DNA of 64,000 nucleotides from Eledone cirrhosa. Lineage: Eukaryota. Positions 61,601 to 64,000 of this stretch are shown piece by piece. The stretch spans positions 253,890,001 to 253,954,000 of the forward strand of contig OZ024740.1 in assembly GCA_964016885.1 (NCBI GenBank). The letters are read 5' to 3'. The notes beneath the pieces were generated by a model. That model did no database searches. It was not told the origin of the DNA and saw only the letters and a list, made by a program, of their open reading frames with translations. A program made the translations under genes and the position numbers. Numbering within the stretch: position 1 is the stretch's first letter; every line of letters starts with the position of its first letter.

Positions 61601-64000
61601 CTGCCACTGTCACTGCCACTGTCACTGTCACTGCCACTGTCACTGCCACTGCCACTGTCACTGCCACTGTCACTGCCACTGCCACTGTCACTGCCACTGC
61701 CACTGTCACTGCCACTGTCACTGCCACTCACTGCCACTGTCACTGCCACTGTCACTGCCACTGTCACTGCCACTGTCACTGCCACTGTCACTGCCACTGC
61801 CACTGTCACTGCCACTGCCACTGCCACTGTCACTGCCACTGTCACTGCCACTGTCACTGCCACTGTCACTGCCACTGTCACTGTCACTGCCACTGCCACT
61901 GTCACTGTCACTGCCACTGTCACTGCCACTGTCACTGCCACTGTCACTGCCACTGTTACTGCCACTGTCACTGCCACTGTCACTGCCACTGTCACTGTCA
62001 CTGCCACTGCCACTGCCACTGCCACTGTCACTGCCACTGTCACTGCCACTGCCATTGCCACTGCCACTGTCACTGTCACTGCCACTGCCACTGTCACTGT
62101 CACTGCCACTGTCACTGCCACTGTCACTGCCACTGTCACTGTCACTGCCACTGTCACTGCCACTGCCACTGCCACTGTCACTGCCACTGTCACTGCCACT
62201 GCCACTGCCACTGCCACTGTCACTGCCACTGCCACTGTCACTGTCACTGCCACTGTCACTGTCACTGCCACTGTCACTGCCACTGTCACTGCCACTGTCA
62301 CTGTCACTGTCACTGCCACTGTCACTGCCACTGCCACTGTCACTGCCACTGTCACTGCCACTGCCACTGCCACTGCCACTGTCACTGTCACTGCCACTGC
62401 CACTGCCACTGCCACTGCCACTGTCACTGCCACTGTCACTGCCACTGTCACTGCCACTGTCACTGCCACTGTCACTGCCACTGTCACTGCCACTGCCACT
62501 GCCACTGCCACTGTCACTGTCACTGCCACTGTCACTGCCACTGTCACTGTCACTGCCACTGTCACTGCCACTGTCACTGTCACTGCCACTGTCACTGCCA
62601 CTGTCACTGTCACTGCCACTGTCACTGCCACTGTCACTGTCACTGCCACTGTCACTGCCACTGTCACTGCCACTGCCACTGCCACTGCCACTGTCACTGC
62701 CACTGTCACTGCCCCTGCCACTGTCACTGCCACTGTCACTGCCACTGTCACTGCCACTGCCACTGCCACTGTCACTGTCACTGCCACTGTCACTGTCACT
62801 GTCACTGCCACTGCCACTGTCACTGCCACTGTCACTGCCACTGCCACTGCCACTGCCACTGCCACTGTCACTGCCACTGCCACTGCCACTGTCACTGCCA
62901 CTGCCACTGTCACTGCCACTGCCACTGTCACTGCCACTGCCACTGTCACTGCCACTGTCACTGCCACTGTCACTGCCACTGCCACTGTCACTGCCACTGC
63001 CACTGTCACTGCCACTGCCACTGCCACTGTCACTGCCACTGCCACTGTCACTGTCACTGCCACTGCCACTGTCACTGCCACTGCCACTGTCACTGTCACT
63101 GCCACTGTCACTGCCACTGCCACTGCCACTGTCACTGCCACTGCCACTGTCACTGCCACTGCCACTGTCACTGCCACTGTCACTGCCACTGTCACTGCCA
63201 CTGTCACTGCCACTGCCACTGTCACTGCCACTGTCACTGCCACTGCCACTGTCACTGCCACTGCCACTGTCACTGCCACTGTCACTGCCACTGCCACTGC
63301 CACTGTCACTGCCACTGCCACTGTCACTGCGACTGTCACTGTCACTGCCACTGCCACTGCCACTGTCACTGCCACTGTCACTGTCACTGCCACTGCCACT
63401 GTCACTGCCACTGTCACTGCCACTGCCACTGTCACTGTCACTGCCACTGTCACTGCCACTGCCACTGCCACTGTCACTGCCACTGCCACTGTCACTGCCA
63501 CTGCCACTGCCACTGTCACTGCCACTGCCACTGTCACTGCCACTGTCACTGCCACTGTCACTGCCACTGCCACTGCCACTGCCACTGTCACTGACACTGT
63601 CACTGCCACTGTCACTGTCACTGCCACTGTCACTGCCGCTGTCGCTGCCACTGTCACTGTCACTGCCACTGCCACTGTCACTGCCACTGTCACTGTTACT
63701 GCCACTGTCACTGCCACTGCCACTGTCACTGCCACTGTCACTGCCACTGTCACTTCCACTGTCACTGTCACTGCCACTGTCACTGTCACTGCCACTGCCA
63801 CTGCCACTGTCACTGCCACTGTCACTGTCACGGCCACTGTCACTGCCACTGCCACTGTCACTGCCACTGCCACTGTCACTGCCACTGTCACTGCCACTGT
63901 CACTGCCACTGCCACTGTCACTGTCACTGCCACTGTCACTGCCACTGTCACTGCCACTGTCACTGCCACTGCCACTGTCACTGCCACTGCCACTGTCACT
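55693..64000. repeat. Binary hexamer satellite (GCCACT/GTCACT)n, ~1385 units, continues beyond the window; probably intronic to AACS
   Basis: Directly visible; one 4-nt unit at 61729-61732 shifts the register; rare variants GCCATT, ACCACT, CCCACT, GTCTCT, CTCACT. Confidence 0.99.

Noticed and set aside
55671-63999. 2018-aa and 2770-aa ORFs (VA/VT and SD/SG repeats) as real genes, e.g. staphylococcal Sdr/Clf-like adhesins
   Set aside because: Automatic consequence of a stop-free hexamer repeat; no unique domain, signal peptide or LPXTG; eukaryotic intronic context

Overview
AT-rich, repeat-dense animal genomic DNA, most likely a coleoid cephalopod (Octopus-like). This is inferred from the repeat landscape: (TA)n and (GAT)n microsatellites, RTE-type LINEs, tRNA-derived SINEs and Penelope-like elements. 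The only host gene recognised is four consecutive internal + strand exons of acetoacetyl-CoA synthetase (AACS; 42228-55342, GT-AG introns with consistent phases). Nearly everything else is decayed mobile DNA: at least seven Penelope-like element (PLE) pieces, several ending in minimal hammerhead ribozymes and two with inverted terminal repeats; about a dozen copies of an RTE-like LINE whose RT domain carries an inserted PHD finger; R4/Dong, CR1-like and BovB-like LINE fragments; SINEs; Helitrons; and a DD37D (maT) transposon. The last 8.3 kb is a binary (GCCACT/GTCACT)n satellite. It has a ~2.75 kb higher-order duplication, and an ATG just upstream opens a (Cys-His)~1000 frame in which the main sequence variation is synonymous. 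Most ORFs in the supplied track are spurious or are fragments of dead elements. Element boundaries are read by eye and are approximate unless a TIR, TSD or splice site is cited.
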